A stretch of DNA of 64,000 bases, from the NCBI GenBank assembly GCA_963727525.1, contig CAVSGO010000007.1, forward strand, positions 960,001 to 1,024,000, read 5' to 3'. A program made the translations under genes and the position numbers. Shown one piece after another: positions 29,152 to 38,733 of this stretch. The notes under the pieces were generated by a model. That model ran no database searches. It was not told the DNA's origin and was given only the letters and a program-made list of their open reading frames with translations. Origin of the DNA: an uncultured bacterium. Its GTDB lineage: Bacteria; Krumholzibacteriota; Krumholzibacteriia; LZORAL124-64-63. The stretch's first letter is position 1. Every line of letters begins with the position of its first letter.

Positions 29152-29676
29152 CTACTTCACCCCCTGGCTCAGGCGTGTGCTGATCTGCGCCGCGAGACCG
29201 GGATCCATGGCCGACAGGATCGCCGCGGCCTGACGGTCCTTCACGCGCCGCAGAATATCGATCGTGATGTCGATGTCGAGCGATGCGAGGATGGGGGCGG
29301 CCTTGGGCGCCTTCATGGCCTCGTACATCTTGGCGAGCTTGGCGAGCGTCTCCTCGCTCTCCGCATCGTAGGAAGTCTGGCGCGCGTCGAGTTGCGACAC
29401 GATCTCGCGCAGTTGCTTCTGCGCGGCCTCCAGCACCTGGGCCTGCACCGCGTAGGACTGGCCGAGTCCGGACAGGCGCTCGCGATCCTGCTGGATCCGG
29501 TCGCGCTCCACCTCGGCGTCGTGCAGCACGCGCTCGCTCGCGGCATAGTCGTCGGCGCTCAACTCGGGTCCGCCGTTGGTTCCGCCGCTGGCCTTGTCGA
29601 GTTGCAGGGTGAGCACCGCCACGCCACCGAAGATCAGCACGAAGGTGATCGTGGAGAGGATGAGTACGCTCTTCAT
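29152..29676 (-). CDS. MotE/FlbB/YlxF-like protein (TM, coiled coil, MgtE_N-like)
   Basis: LAKMYEAMKAPKAAPIL, AAAILSAMDP..AAQIS. Confidence 0.85.
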   Translation of the reverse strand: MKSVLILSTITFVLIFGGVAVLTLQLDKASGGTNGGPELSADDYAASERVLHDAEVERDRIQQDRERLSGLGQSYAVQAQVLEAAQKQLREIVSQLDARQTSYDAESEETLAKLAKMYEAMKAPKAAPILASLDIDITIDILRRVKDRQAAAILSAMDPGLAAQISTRLSQGVK

Positions 29677-29737
29677 GGTCGATTCTCCTCAAGCCGCGCC
29701 GCGGCTGGCCGATCACGATCCTGGTGGCATCCGCCTG

Positions 29738-29752
29738 GCAACCGCGGTGCCA
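29738..29752 (-). promoter_or_regulatory. sigma54 promoter for motE-fliK-flgDE-flbD-motAB-fliLMNO
   Basis: TGGCAC-CGCGG-TTGC. Confidence 0.85.
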
Positions 29753-29844
29753 GTCCGGCGGCGAAATCCGTCAGCGCCAATCGATTCTCGCGCAATCAGT
29801 TATCGATTCTTTCCAGAGAGCCTGGATTGGCACGGTCGCCAAAG

Positions 29845-29859
29845 CGGCAATTCGTGCCC
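29845..29859. promoter_or_regulatory. Putative enhancer palindrome
   Basis: CGGCA-ATTCG-TGCCC, about 95 bp upstream of a sigma54 promoter. Confidence 0.5.
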
Positions 29860-29881
29860 GATGTCCCGCCCCCCGCGCCGT

Positions 29882-30322
29882 TCATGTCCGTCGTGCCGCC
29901 CGGTTGCTCGCTACCTCGTCGAGGAGGCGCCGATCGCGCCTCGCCTGCTCCTGCTGCCACTGGGCGTACCGTCGATCGCGAAGACTCTCCAACACCTGCT
30001 GGTCGCGATGGGCCGCCACCAGCCGCTCACGCGCCGTCGCAACCGCCGTCTGTGCATCCGTGACCGCGCAGTGCTCGCGAATGCGTCGCTGATCGAGCCA
30101 ATGCAGCCACGCCAGTTCGTCGGACTGCCGGCGCGGATCCACCGCCACGTGGCGCCGCGCGGCGGCCGCCGTCTGCACGCGGGCGATTTCCGCCTCGGTG
30201 TTGGCCAGGGTCAGCCCGGCCACCTCCAGGTTGGCATTCGCCTTCGCCACGTCTCGCGACGCCGCGTCCACCTGCCGCTGCCGATGCCGTAGCACCTTTT
30301 CCAGCCGGAAGACGAAGCTCAT
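29882..30322 (-). CDS. fliJ: FliJ
   Basis: F.FRLEKVL, LE.LR, LDE; follows fliI. Confidence 0.9.
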   Translation of the reverse strand: MSFVFRLEKVLRHRQRQVDAASRDVAKANANLEVAGLTLANTEAEIARVQTAAAARRHVAVDPRRQSDELAWLHWLDQRRIREHCAVTDAQTAVATARERLVAAHRDQQVLESLRDRRYAQWQQEQARRDRRLLDEVASNRAARRT

Positions 30323-31644
30323 GCTGCGTCCCCATCAGTGAGGGCGGCGAGGCCGCGCCATGTCGCCGCGATTTCAGCGGGCTCGGCCACCTCCTGCGTC
30401 AGGAATCCGCGCAACGCCTCTTCCCGGGCGAGAGCCGTGTCGAGGATCCGATCGTGGCCGGCGGCATACGCTCCGATCGTCACGAGGTCTCGGTTGTCTT
30501 CCAGACTCTTCAGCCAGCGCATCACCTGCGTCCCCTGCGCACGGATGGCCGGCGCCACGATGTCATTGCGCAGCCGGCTCACGGAGCCCAGCACGTCGAT
30601 CGCCGGATAGTGCCCCTGGCGGGCGAGGTCGCGGCTCAGCATCAGATGGCCGTCCAGGATGGCGCGCATGGCATCCCCGATCGGGTCCTGGATGTCATCG
30701 CCCTCGATGAGCACGGTGAAGAACGCCGTCATCGCATTCACGTGCGACCAGCCCGCGCGTTCGCACAGGCGCGGCAGCGCCGCGAAGACAGACGGCGGGT
30801 AGCCCTTCGTCGTGGGCGGTTCGCCCGCGGCCAGGCCGATCTCGCGAAGGGCCATCGCGTATCGCGTGGCGGAGTCCATCATCAGCAGCACGTCGTGGTC
30901 GCTGTCGCGGAAGTGCTCAGCGATGGTCATGGCCGTCTCGGCACCCTTGGCACGCATCACCGCCGATTCGTCGGAGGTGACGACCACGACCACACTGCGC
31001 GCCAGGCCTTCCGGCCCGAGGTCACGTTCGAGGAACTCGCGCACCTCGCGTCCGCGCTCGCCGATCAGTGCAAGCACGTTCACATCCACGGACGAGTTGC
31101 GCGCCAGCATGCCCAGGAGCACCGATTTGCCGACGCCGCTGCCGGCGAAGATGCCCAGGCGCTGCCCCCGCGCCACGGAGACGAGCGCGTCGAGCGAACG
31201 TACGCCCGTGGCGAGCTGATCCTGGCATCGCCGGCGCGCCAGCGCGTTGGGCGCGGCACTGCCGAGGGGCCGCCGCGGTAGGTGGCCCAGCGGCGGGCCG
31301 CCATCGATGGGTTCGCCCAAACCGTTGAGCACGCGTCCCAGCAGCGCCTCGCCCGTCGGCACGGTGGGACGGCTCGCCACGAGCGTGACGGGCAAGCCGG
31401 CTGCAAGACCCTTGGCCAGCACATACGGCATCACGAGCAGGCGCCCCTCGCGAAACCCGACAGCCTCGGCGAGTACCGGCTCGCGATCGCGCCCCATCTC
31501 GATGCGACATAGTGCCCCGACCGGCGCGGCGAGGCCGCCCACCTCGATGGTCATGCCGACCATCTCGGCCACGCGGCCGACCTGGCGGACCGGATCGCAA
31601 CCGCGAACCTCGGCCACGCAGTCAGGCCAGGGGAGCTGGAGCAT
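30319..31644 (-). CDS. fliI: Export ATPase FliI
   Basis: FAGSGVGKS, GERGREV, GEPPTTKGYPPS, HYPAIDVL. Confidence 0.97.
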   Translation of the reverse strand: MLQLPWPDCVAEVRGCDPVRQVGRVAEMVGMTIEVGGLAAPVGALCRIEMGRDREPVLAEAVGFREGRLLVMPYVLAKGLAAGLPVTLVASRPTVPTGEALLGRVLNGLGEPIDGGPPLGHLPRRPLGSAAPNALARRRCQDQLATGVRSLDALVSVARGQRLGIFAGSGVGKSVLLGMLARNSSVDVNVLALIGERGREVREFLERDLGPEGLARSVVVVVTSDESAVMRAKGAETAMTIAEHFRDSDHDVLLMMDSATRYAMALREIGLAAGEPPTTKGYPPSVFAALPRLCERAGWSHVNAMTAFFTVLIEGDDIQDPIGDAMRAILDGHLMLSRDLARQGHYPAIDVLGSVSRLRNDIVAPAIRAQGTQVMRWLKSLEDNRDLVTIGAYAAGHDRILDTALAREEALRGFLTQEVAEPAEIAATWRGLAALTDGDAA

Positions 31645-32392
31645 CGGGCACCTCCTTCGCGACGTCGCGGGCGTTTGTCGCCAGGGCCTCCCGCGCCACC
31701 TCTTCCAGTACCGTGAGCTGCCGCCGCACCGTGGCATCCCACTCGAGGTCGGCCGCCCTCACGAGACAACCGCCGAGCTGGATGCGTCGGTCCTCCTTGA
31801 CGTCGCTGATACGCAGGCGCGCGCAGACCTCGGGCGCGCTGCGCAGGTTGGCGGCGTCGTCGGGATGGCAGGTGACGGACACGGTCGCGCCCGGCTCGGC
31901 CTTGAATAGCACCGTCTCGATGCCGCGCAGGAGCACCTCGTCGTCGACCTCGACCCGCGCCCGCACGATCTTCTCCGCCATCGCCAAGGCCAGGTGCACC
32001 GCCGCGTCGGCGGTGGCGCGCAGGGCCTCTTCGAGCCCCGACTGCATCTGGTCGGCGAATTCGGCCGTCCAGGTGGCGATGCGCTGCTCGGCCACGATCT
32101 GCGCCTCCGCGATCTGCCCCGCGCAAGCAGCCTCGGTCTCGCCGAGGCGCCGGTCGTACTCCGACCGCAGGTCGAGATCGACCAGGTCGACGAGCTGGGC
32201 CCGCTCCTCCCGGGAGAGCTGCTCGAGGACGCTGCGGTGATCGGCGAAGCCCGCTTCCGGCCGGAAGGCGCCGCCACCCTCGGTCGCCGGCGGCGGCGCG
32301 GATCCCGTGGCCAGCGACCGACCGCCCAGCGACACGAAGGCCCCGTTCGCCCCCGTCGGCACGGCCAGCGGCTCAGGACACCATTTCTGCAT
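31622..32392 (-). CDS. fliH: FliH
   Basis: Between fliG and fliI; HPDD, GGCLV, DATV. Confidence 0.85.
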   Translation of the reverse strand: MQKWCPEPLAVPTGANGAFVSLGGRSLATGSAPPPATEGGGAFRPEAGFADHRSVLEQLSREERAQLVDLVDLDLRSEYDRRLGETEAACAGQIAEAQIVAEQRIATWTAEFADQMQSGLEEALRATADAAVHLALAMAEKIVRARVEVDDEVLLRGIETVLFKAEPGATVSVTCHPDDAANLRSAPEVCARLRISDVKEDRRIQLGGCLVRAADLEWDATVRRQLTVLEEVAREALATNARDVAKEVPDAPAPLA

Positions 32393-33377
32393 CCTTGCCG
32401 CCCTTTCCGATCACGATGGTCCCGGCTTCCTCGAGACTGCGGACGACCTCGACGATGCGTTGCTGGGCCTCTTCCACCTCGCTGAGGCGTACCGGGCCCA
32501 TATATTCCATGTCCTCCTTGATGCCGAGCGACGCGCGCTTGGACATGTTGTCGAAGATCTTCACCTGGATCTCCTCGGTGGCGCCCTTGAGTGCCAGCGT
32601 GAGCTCCTTGCCGTCGATCTCCTTGAGGATCTCCTGGATGTACTTGTCGTTGAGGAGCACGAGGTCCTCGAACACGAACATCAGATTGTTGACCTCGTTG
32701 GCGACCTCGTCGTCGATCTCGCGCATCTCGTCGAGGATCTCCTGCCAGGTCTCGCGCTCGGTCTCGTTGAGGATCTCGGCCACCTGCTTGCGGCCGCCGT
32801 ACTTGCTCTTACTCGCGGTCAACTCGCCCTGGAGCTGCGAGGCCAGCACCTGCTCCACGATCTTGAGGGCCTCCTGGTTTGGCGTGTCGAGCACCGCCAT
32901 GCGGTAGGCGACGTCGCCCTGCAGCTCGGCCGGGAGCAACTCCAGAATGGGGCCGCTGTCGCGCGGGTCCATGTGGGCGAGCACGACCGCGACGGTCTGC
33001 GGATGCTCGTTCTTGAGATAGTTGGCGACCGTGAGCGGGTCGAGCGTACGCAGGTGCTCGAAGCTCTTGATCTCGCTATAACTGGTGACACGGCTGAGCA
33101 TCGAGCTGGCGCGACGCGTACCGAACCCGGCCTCGAGGATCTGCTTCGCCGTCTCCTCGCCACCGAAGGCGATGCCTGCGATCTGGCCGCTGAGCGAAAT
33201 GAACTCGCCGAGGACTCCGCGCTTCTCCTTGTAGGGCACCTGACCGGCGTTGGCGATGGCGTGGGTGATCTTCTCGACGACCGCCTCCGGCAACGCCGCG
33301 ACCACCCGCCCGCCCGACTCCGGGCCGAGGGCCATGACGAGGATCGCTGCCTTGCGCACGTTGGGATTGTCAGGCAT
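32373..33377 (-). CDS. fliG: C-ring protein FliG
   Basis: KAAILVMALG, EHPQ, MFVFEDL, NMSKRA, GPVRL. Confidence 0.97.
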   Translation of the reverse strand: MPDNPNVRKAAILVMALGPESGGRVVAALPEAVVEKITHAIANAGQVPYKEKRGVLGEFISLSGQIAGIAFGGEETAKQILEAGFGTRRASSMLSRVTSYSEIKSFEHLRTLDPLTVANYLKNEHPQTVAVVLAHMDPRDSGPILELLPAELQGDVAYRMAVLDTPNQEALKIVEQVLASQLQGELTASKSKYGGRKQVAEILNETERETWQEILDEMREIDDEVANEVNNLMFVFEDLVLLNDKYIQEILKEIDGKELTLALKGATEEIQVKIFDNMSKRASLGIKEDMEYMGPVRLSEVEEAQQRIVEVVRSLEEAGTIVIGKGGKDAEMVS

Positions 33378-33395
33378 GCTCGACCTCGCGGCTTT

Positions 33396-34916
33396 CTAGC
33401 GACTGCCGCTGCGTTCGGGTTCGTGCAACCAGGACTGGATGACCTCGGCCACCCGATCCGGGTTCTCGGAGGCGTACTCCCGTACGTCATCGATCATCTG
33501 GTCGGTCATTTCCGGGAAGCCCTCGAAACGTTCCCCCTCCACGGTCTTGTCGGCGACCTGGCCGCCGCGGGCGGTGGTGACCGGACGGAATACCGAGTCC
33601 ACGGCCTGGGTCAGGTTCTTCTTGAAAACGAGGACCATGACGGCCAGCAGAATCACCAGCACCGCGCGTCCACCGTACTGCGCCACCAGTTCGAGCCAGC
33701 GGCCCGGCCCTGCCGGCATCCCCCCGTCGCCCAGCGCGTCGGGCGGCCCCTGGAACTGCATGTTGACGACCTCGATCTGGTCGCCGCGGGTGGTGTTCAG
33801 CCCCAAGGCGGTCTGGACCACGCGTTTGATCTGGTCGAGTTCCTCGGTGCTGCGCGGCTGGTAGGCGGGGTCGCCGCCGCCGGCCGGAGCCTCGTAGCGC
33901 CCGTCCACGAACACGGCCACCGAGAGCGCCTTGAGTCCACCCGTCTGGCCGACGATGCGCTCGACTGTCTGATTGATCTCGTAGTTCGTGACGTTCGACG
34001 CGTCGCCGCCGCCGGTCTGCGGATCGGTGGTCTCGTGCCGTTCCTCGGACCTTACCACCGGCGCCTTGGGGTCGTAGCTCGTGCGTTCGGTATCGATCTT
34101 CTCGAAATTCAGCGTGGCGTCCACGCGCACCAGCGAGCGACCGTCGCCAAGCACGCCGGCAAGCATCGTCTGAGCCTTCTCCGCGAGATAGGCCTCCACG
34201 TCCTTCTTGAGCCCGAGCTGACCCTCCGTCTGACCGACTCCCTCGTCGGCGTACGCACTCGAGAGCACCTTGCCAGACTGGTCCAGAACGGTGACGGCGT
34301 CCGCCTGGAGCCCCTCGACGCTTCCGGCCACGAGCGCCTGGATGCCCGTGATCTGATGCTCGCTGAGGCGGTTCGCCCGGCCCATGCCTAGCACGACCGA
34401 TGCCGTCGGTTCGGACGCCAGCTTGCGGAAGATCGACGGCTTCGGCATGACCAGGTGCACCCGAGCCGAGGTGATTCCCTCCAGCCCCTCGATCGTCTTC
34501 GTCAGCTCGCCCTCGAGCGCGCGCTTGAAGTTCACGTCCTGCAAGAAGTCGGTGAGCCCGTACTGCTGACCGTCGAAGATCTCGAAGCCCACGATTCCGC
34601 TCGACGGAACACCCTTGGCCGCCAGGTCCACGCGCAAACGCGAGACCTGCTGTTCGGGGACCATGATCGTGGTGCCGCCGTTGGTCAGCTCGGACTGGAC
34701 GTCCTGTTTCGCCAGTTCCTGCAGCGCCGACTGCGCATCCTGTGGCGACAGGTTCGTGAAGAGAACCGCCATGGAATCCTTCTGCAGCCAGAGACTGAAG
34801 GCCACGGTGCTGACGATGGCCGCCGCCACCACCACCACCAGCGTCAGCTTCTGGTTGAAGGTCAGTCCGCCGAGCTTGCTCTTGGCGGTCTCGAGTGTCT
34901 GCCTGAACCCGTCCAC
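33396..34916 (-). CDS. fliF: MS-ring protein FliF
   Basis: GFEIFD, RALEGELTKTI, ARVHLVMPK, PTASV; two TMs. Confidence 0.97.
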   Translation of the reverse strand: MDGFRQTLETAKSKLGGLTFNQKLTLVVVVAAAIVSTVAFSLWLQKDSMAVLFTNLSPQDAQSALQELAKQDVQSELTNGGTTIMVPEQQVSRLRVDLAAKGVPSSGIVGFEIFDGQQYGLTDFLQDVNFKRALEGELTKTIEGLEGITSARVHLVMPKPSIFRKLASEPTASVVLGMGRANRLSEHQITGIQALVAGSVEGLQADAVTVLDQSGKVLSSAYADEGVGQTEGQLGLKKDVEAYLAEKAQTMLAGVLGDGRSLVRVDATLNFEKIDTERTSYDPKAPVVRSEERHETTDPQTGGGDASNVTNYEINQTVERIVGQTGGLKALSVAVFVDGRYEAPAGGGDPAYQPRSTEELDQIKRVVQTALGLNTTRGDQIEVVNMQFQGPPDALGDGGMPAGPGRWLELVAQYGGRAVLVILLAVMVLVFKKNLTQAVDSVFRPVTTARGGQVADKTVEGERFEGFPEMTDQMIDDVREYASENPDRVAEVIQSWLHEPERSGSR

Positions 34917-34950
34917 GTTGCGTCCTTTGCTGTCGTTCCCTCAGGCGTCG

Positions 34951-35250
34951 TCACACCTGCATGCGCATGATTTCCTGGTACGATTCGAGGAGCTTGTTCC
35001 GAACCTCGAGCATCAGGTCGAACGAGAGCTGCGCCTCTTCCGCGGTGGTCATGATCTCCTCGACGCCGATCTGGTCGCCGCGGATCATCGACTGCACCTG
35101 CTCGTCGCGCGCGACCTGAGCGTTCTGAACCCCCTGCACAGCCGACTTGAGCTGGTCGGCAAACGATACCGCCGGCTTCGCCTGCGCCTGGCCGGCGTAG
35201 ATGGCGCGCGGATCGATCGAACCCAGCGAACGAATTCCATTCACCGCCAC
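34951..35250 (-). CDS. fliE: FliE
   Basis: EVRNKLLESYQEIMRMQV. Confidence 0.96.
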   Translation of the reverse strand: MAVNGIRSLGSIDPRAIYAGQAQAKPAVSFADQLKSAVQGVQNAQVARDEQVQSMIRGDQIGVEEIMTTAEEAQLSFDLMLEVRNKLLESYQEIMRMQV

Positions 35251-35265
35251 CGGTCACCTCCCCCG

Positions 35266-35775
35266 CTAGATCTTCAGTGCCTGGGTGAACATGTCCTTTG
35301 CCGATTGCACCGCGCTCAGATTCGCCTCGTAGGCGCGGCTAGCGGCGATCATGTCGACCATCTCCGTGACCACGTCGACATTGGGCATCATCACGTATCC
35401 CTCCTCGTCGGCGTCCGGATGGCCAGGGTCGTAGACCATGCGGAAGTCGGACGCATCGGGCGCCGTGGTCACCTCGGAGCTGATCGCGGGCACCGACGTC
35501 GCTTCCTGCTCGCGCAGACCGCCGAGATGGCCCGGTTGCGTGCGCGCCAGCGTCTCGCGCTGGGCCACCAGCGACGACGCGCGCTCGTGCACGGCCTGGA
35601 CCCGGTTCTGCAGCACCTCGTGGAACACCGCGCGCTGCCGGCGGTACGGCGTGCCGTCCTCGGTGTGCGTGGTCTCGGCGTTTGCCAGATTGCGCGCCAC
35701 CACGTCCATCTTGACGCGCTGCCCGCGCAGCCCGCTGGCGCTGGTCTGGATCCCGGCGAAGAGTCCCTTGCTCAT
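35266..35775 (-). CDS. flgC: Rod protein FlgC
   Basis: NLANAETT, YDPGHPDAD, PNVDVVTEM. Confidence 0.97.
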   Translation of the reverse strand: MSKGLFAGIQTSASGLRGQRVKMDVVARNLANAETTHTEDGTPYRRQRAVFHEVLQNRVQAVHERASSLVAQRETLARTQPGHLGGLREQEATSVPAISSEVTTAPDASDFRMVYDPGHPDADEEGYVMMPNVDVVTEMVDMIAASRAYEANLSAVQSAKDMFTQALKI

Positions 35776-35788
35776 GGGTCATCCCTTC

Positions 35789-36199
35789 CTAGACGCTGCG
35801 ACCGCGGATCGCGCCCCGCAGCATGCTGTAACGCATGGTGAGCAGCCGGGTGGTCAGGCGGTAGGTGAGATCGTTCGTCGCGAGATCGGTCATCTCGTGA
35901 TCGATGTCCACGTTGTTCGTTCCGTTGTCGAAAGCGCTGGCGGTCTCGCGTACTTCGCCGCTCGTATCGTCGATGCCACGCGCGCCGATGGCCAGGTGCT
36001 GCTGGTGCGTTCGCGTGCCCGCAATCCGCGCCTGGGCACCGCTGAGGAGATCCTCGAAACGGTATTCCTGCGCCCGGTAGCCCTGGGTGTCGATGTTGGC
36101 GACGTTCTCGGAGATCACCTCGTGGCGCCGGGCGTAGACGCCCACGGCCCGCTTGAGGTCGTTCAGGTGTTCATGCGAGAAGATGCCGGTCATGCTCAT
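35789..36199 (-). CDS. flgB: Rod protein FlgB
   Basis: SENVANIDTQGY, NNVDIDHEM. Confidence 0.96.
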   Translation of the reverse strand: MSMTGIFSHEHLNDLKRAVGVYARRHEVISENVANIDTQGYRAQEYRFEDLLSGAQARIAGTRTHQQHLAIGARGIDDTSGEVRETASAFDNGTNNVDIDHEMTDLATNDLTYRLTTRLLTMRYSMLRGAIRGRSV

Positions 36200-36203
36200 G
36201 GTC

Positions 36204-37577
36204 CTAGCTCGGGATGGTCACGCCGAGCTCGTGGTACAGGTTCAGCTTGTTGCGCAACGTCCGGACACTGATGCCCAGTTCCGTGGCAGCCTGAGTGCGA
36301 TTCCCGGCCGTTTTGCGGAGCTTCCGCAAGATCAGTTCCTGCTCCATCTCCCGCAGCGTGAGATCTCCGCCCAGGGTCGCCGGCGTCTCAGCCACATGGT
36401 CGATCTCGTCGTTCAGCCCGAGCAGCGCCTCTTCCATCTCACCGCCCTGGCTCATGATCACGGCGCGCTCGACCACGTTCTGGAGCTGACGCACGTTGCC
36501 GGGCCAATCGAGCATCGTCAGGACGTGCAACGCGCGGTCGGTCACCGCGAGCACGGGTTTCCCGTTCTCGGCGCAGAAGGTTTGCACGAAGTGGTGCACG
36601 AGGATGGGGATGTCGGCCTTGCGGTCGCGCAGCGGCGCGAGATGGAGGGGAATGACGTTGAGGCGGAAGAAGAGGTCCTCGCGAAATTCCTTCTGCAGGA
36701 TCGCTTCCTTGAGATTGCGATTCGACGTGGCGATGATCCGCACGTCGGTGCGCGTGGCCGCCCGCGCCCCCAGCCGCGTGAACTCGCGTTCCTGCAAGAC
36801 ACGCAGCAGCTTGGCCTGCATGGCGCACGGCATCTCGCTGATCTCGTCGAGCAGCAGCGTGCCGCCGTTGGCCAGCTCGAACTTGCCCGCCCGCGCCTGC
36901 ACCGCACCGGTGAATGCGCCGCGCTCGTAGCCGAACAGCTCACCCTCGAGCAGAGTCTCGGGAATGGCCGCGCAATTGAGGCGGATGAACGGCGCCTCGC
37001 GGCGTGAGCTGGCGAGGTGGATGGCGCGCGCCGCCACCTCCTTGCCCGTGCCGCTTTCGCCCTGCAGCAGCACCGTGCCGCGGCTGTCGGCGATCATCTC
37101 GATGCGCTCTCGCATCTTCACCATGGCGGGGCTGCTGCCCAGCAGGCCCAGGTGTTTGCGCTGGTTCTGCAGCGACGTGCGCAACGTCCGGTTCTCCTGG
37201 CGCAGCGCGCGCAGCTCGAAAGCCCGCGTGAGCGTGTGCTCGAGCTGCTCCATGCCGAAGGGTTTCGTGAGGTAGTCCACGGCGCCGCACTTCGTGGCCT
37301 CGACAGCCTCCTTGATCGTGCCGAAAGCGGTCATCATGACGACCAGCGGCGGCTCGGGGATCTCGCTCTGGATCGCCGCGAGCAGGTTGAGCCCATCGCC
37401 GCCGGGCATGCGAACGTCCGACAGCACGAGGTCCACGGACTGGGTCTTCAGCCGCGCCAGAGCCTCGACACCATTGCTCGCAGTGGCCACCTGGTAGCGA
37501 CCGTTCATCGATGCGCTCAGGAACTCGCGCATGGTCTGCTCGTCGTCCACCACCAGAATGCTCGGTTTCTTCGCCAT
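36204..37577 (-). CDS. sigma54-dependent response regulator (FlrC/FleR/FlgR-like)
   Basis: REC (VVDDE, SDVRMP, TKPF), GESGTGKE, GAFTGA, HTH. Confidence 0.93.
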   Translation of the reverse strand: MAKKPSILVVDDEQTMREFLSASMNGRYQVATASNGVEALARLKTQSVDLVLSDVRMPGGDGLNLLAAIQSEIPEPPLVVMMTAFGTIKEAVEATKCGAVDYLTKPFGMEQLEHTLTRAFELRALRQENRTLRTSLQNQRKHLGLLGSSPAMVKMRERIEMIADSRGTVLLQGESGTGKEVAARAIHLASSRREAPFIRLNCAAIPETLLEGELFGYERGAFTGAVQARAGKFELANGGTLLLDEISEMPCAMQAKLLRVLQEREFTRLGARAATRTDVRIIATSNRNLKEAILQKEFREDLFFRLNVIPLHLAPLRDRKADIPILVHHFVQTFCAENGKPVLAVTDRALHVLTMLDWPGNVRQLQNVVERAVIMSQGGEMEEALLGLNDEIDHVAETPATLGGDLTLREMEQELILRKLRKTAGNRTQAATELGISVRTLRNKLNLYHELGVTIPS

Positions 37578-37594
37578 GTTCTTCCCTTCTGCGC

Positions 37595-38347
37595 TCAATC
37601 GCCGAACGCGGCCGCGGTATCCGGCCAGCCGACCTCGAGTGTCACCACGGTGCCCGACCCGGGCGCGCTACGCAGTCCCCAGCCGAGCCCATACATGTCC
37701 ATGATCGTATCGACGCGGGCCAGACCGATGCCCAGGTGTCCGTCTCGCGTGGTCACGAACGGATCCATGGCCTGCGGCAGCAGTTCGGGCGCGATGCCCG
37801 GACCGTCATCCGCCAGCGCCACATAGAGGTGGCCATCGCCCGCCTGACCGGTCTCGACGGTCACCGTCACCTCGCCGGACCGGCTCTCGGCGCTGTTCGC
37901 GAAGATCTCCTGGAGCACGAGTTCGAGATCGCGCACGGGCAGTAGCAACTGTCCGCCCAGCGCGGGCCGGTTCGCCACTCGCAGATTGGTATGGCGCGAT
38001 TGCGCCATCGTGATCGCCCGATGCACGGCCACGTCCGGCTGGTCGTCGCCCAGCGTCTGCTGCTCTGGAAACGCCATGTCCTGTACCGACCGGTAGATCG
38101 TCTCCAGCCTCTCGACCTCGGCGATGATTTTGCGCGCCCAGACCTGGGGGCGGGACGCCTCGTCCGGTCCGCGCGCGATCAGGCTCGCATATCCCTTGAT
38201 GCCGCACAGGCTGTTGCTGGTCTTGTGCAGGTACCCGTGCAGCAGACGGCCCCGGCAGTCGGTCGCACTGCCGGCGGGCCGTTCCCATGCGGACACCATC
38301 GGGGTCTCTGCCATCAGCAAGGTGTCACCTGGCCCGTTCGTGGTCAT
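37595..38347 (-). CDS. Sensorless histidine-kinase-like protein (atypical HisKA plus HATPase)
   Basis: HKTSNSL H-box, EIFANS N-box, DDGPG, PFVTTR, GHLGIGL; ATGA overlap with upstream gene. Confidence 0.8.
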   Translation of the reverse strand: MTTNGPGDTLLMAETPMVSAWERPAGSATDCRGRLLHGYLHKTSNSLCGIKGYASLIARGPDEASRPQVWARKIIAEVERLETIYRSVQDMAFPEQQTLGDDQPDVAVHRAITMAQSRHTNLRVANRPALGGQLLLPVRDLELVLQEIFANSAESRSGEVTVTVETGQAGDGHLYVALADDGPGIAPELLPQAMDPFVTTRDGHLGIGLARVDTIMDMYGLGWGLRSAPGSGTVVTLEVGWPDTAAAFGD

Positions 38348-38733
38348 CGGGCGTGCTCGAGCAGCACGCGGTCGTTCTCTTCCTCGCACTGCAGGATGTC
38401 CTCGATGAGCTGTCCCACATCCTGCAGAGCCCGGTGGAGGCTGGCGCGGCTCGCGGCGCTCCACTGGTCGCGGCCCTCGCGCCAGCGGTTCTTCGCCAAC
38501 CCTTCCGAGCTCTCCAGCCTGCCGATCGCCTCGAGGCGCCGCTTCTTGTCCTGCAATAGCCGCCGGACCTCGCCCAGCGAGCGCCCGGATCCGATGGCGT
38601 CCCCCTGGCGGCGCGAGATCGACAGCACCTCGCCATACAGACGCAGTTCCTCTTCGTAGAGGCCGAGGAGACGGTCCAGCAGTTGACGCTCTTCGCGGGC
38701 GAGGTCAGGGCTGATAGAGACTGGCCGTGCCAT
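38344..38733 (-). CDS. FlgN/FliT-like helical protein
   Basis: 129 aa; LYEEELRLY..LSISRRQ...KKRRLEAI..LE...EEENDRVL; RBS GAGGAGG. Confidence 0.65.
   Translation of the reverse strand: MARPVSISPDLAREERQLLDRLLGLYEEELRLYGEVLSISRRQGDAIGSGRSLGEVRRLLQDKKRRLEAIGRLESSEGLAKNRWREGRDQWSAASRASLHRALQDVGQLIEDILQCEEENDRVLLEHAR

Noticed and set aside
15240-36199. Non-flagellar T3SS
   Set aside because: Rod, hook, rings, stator and flagellins are present; no secretin or needle genes
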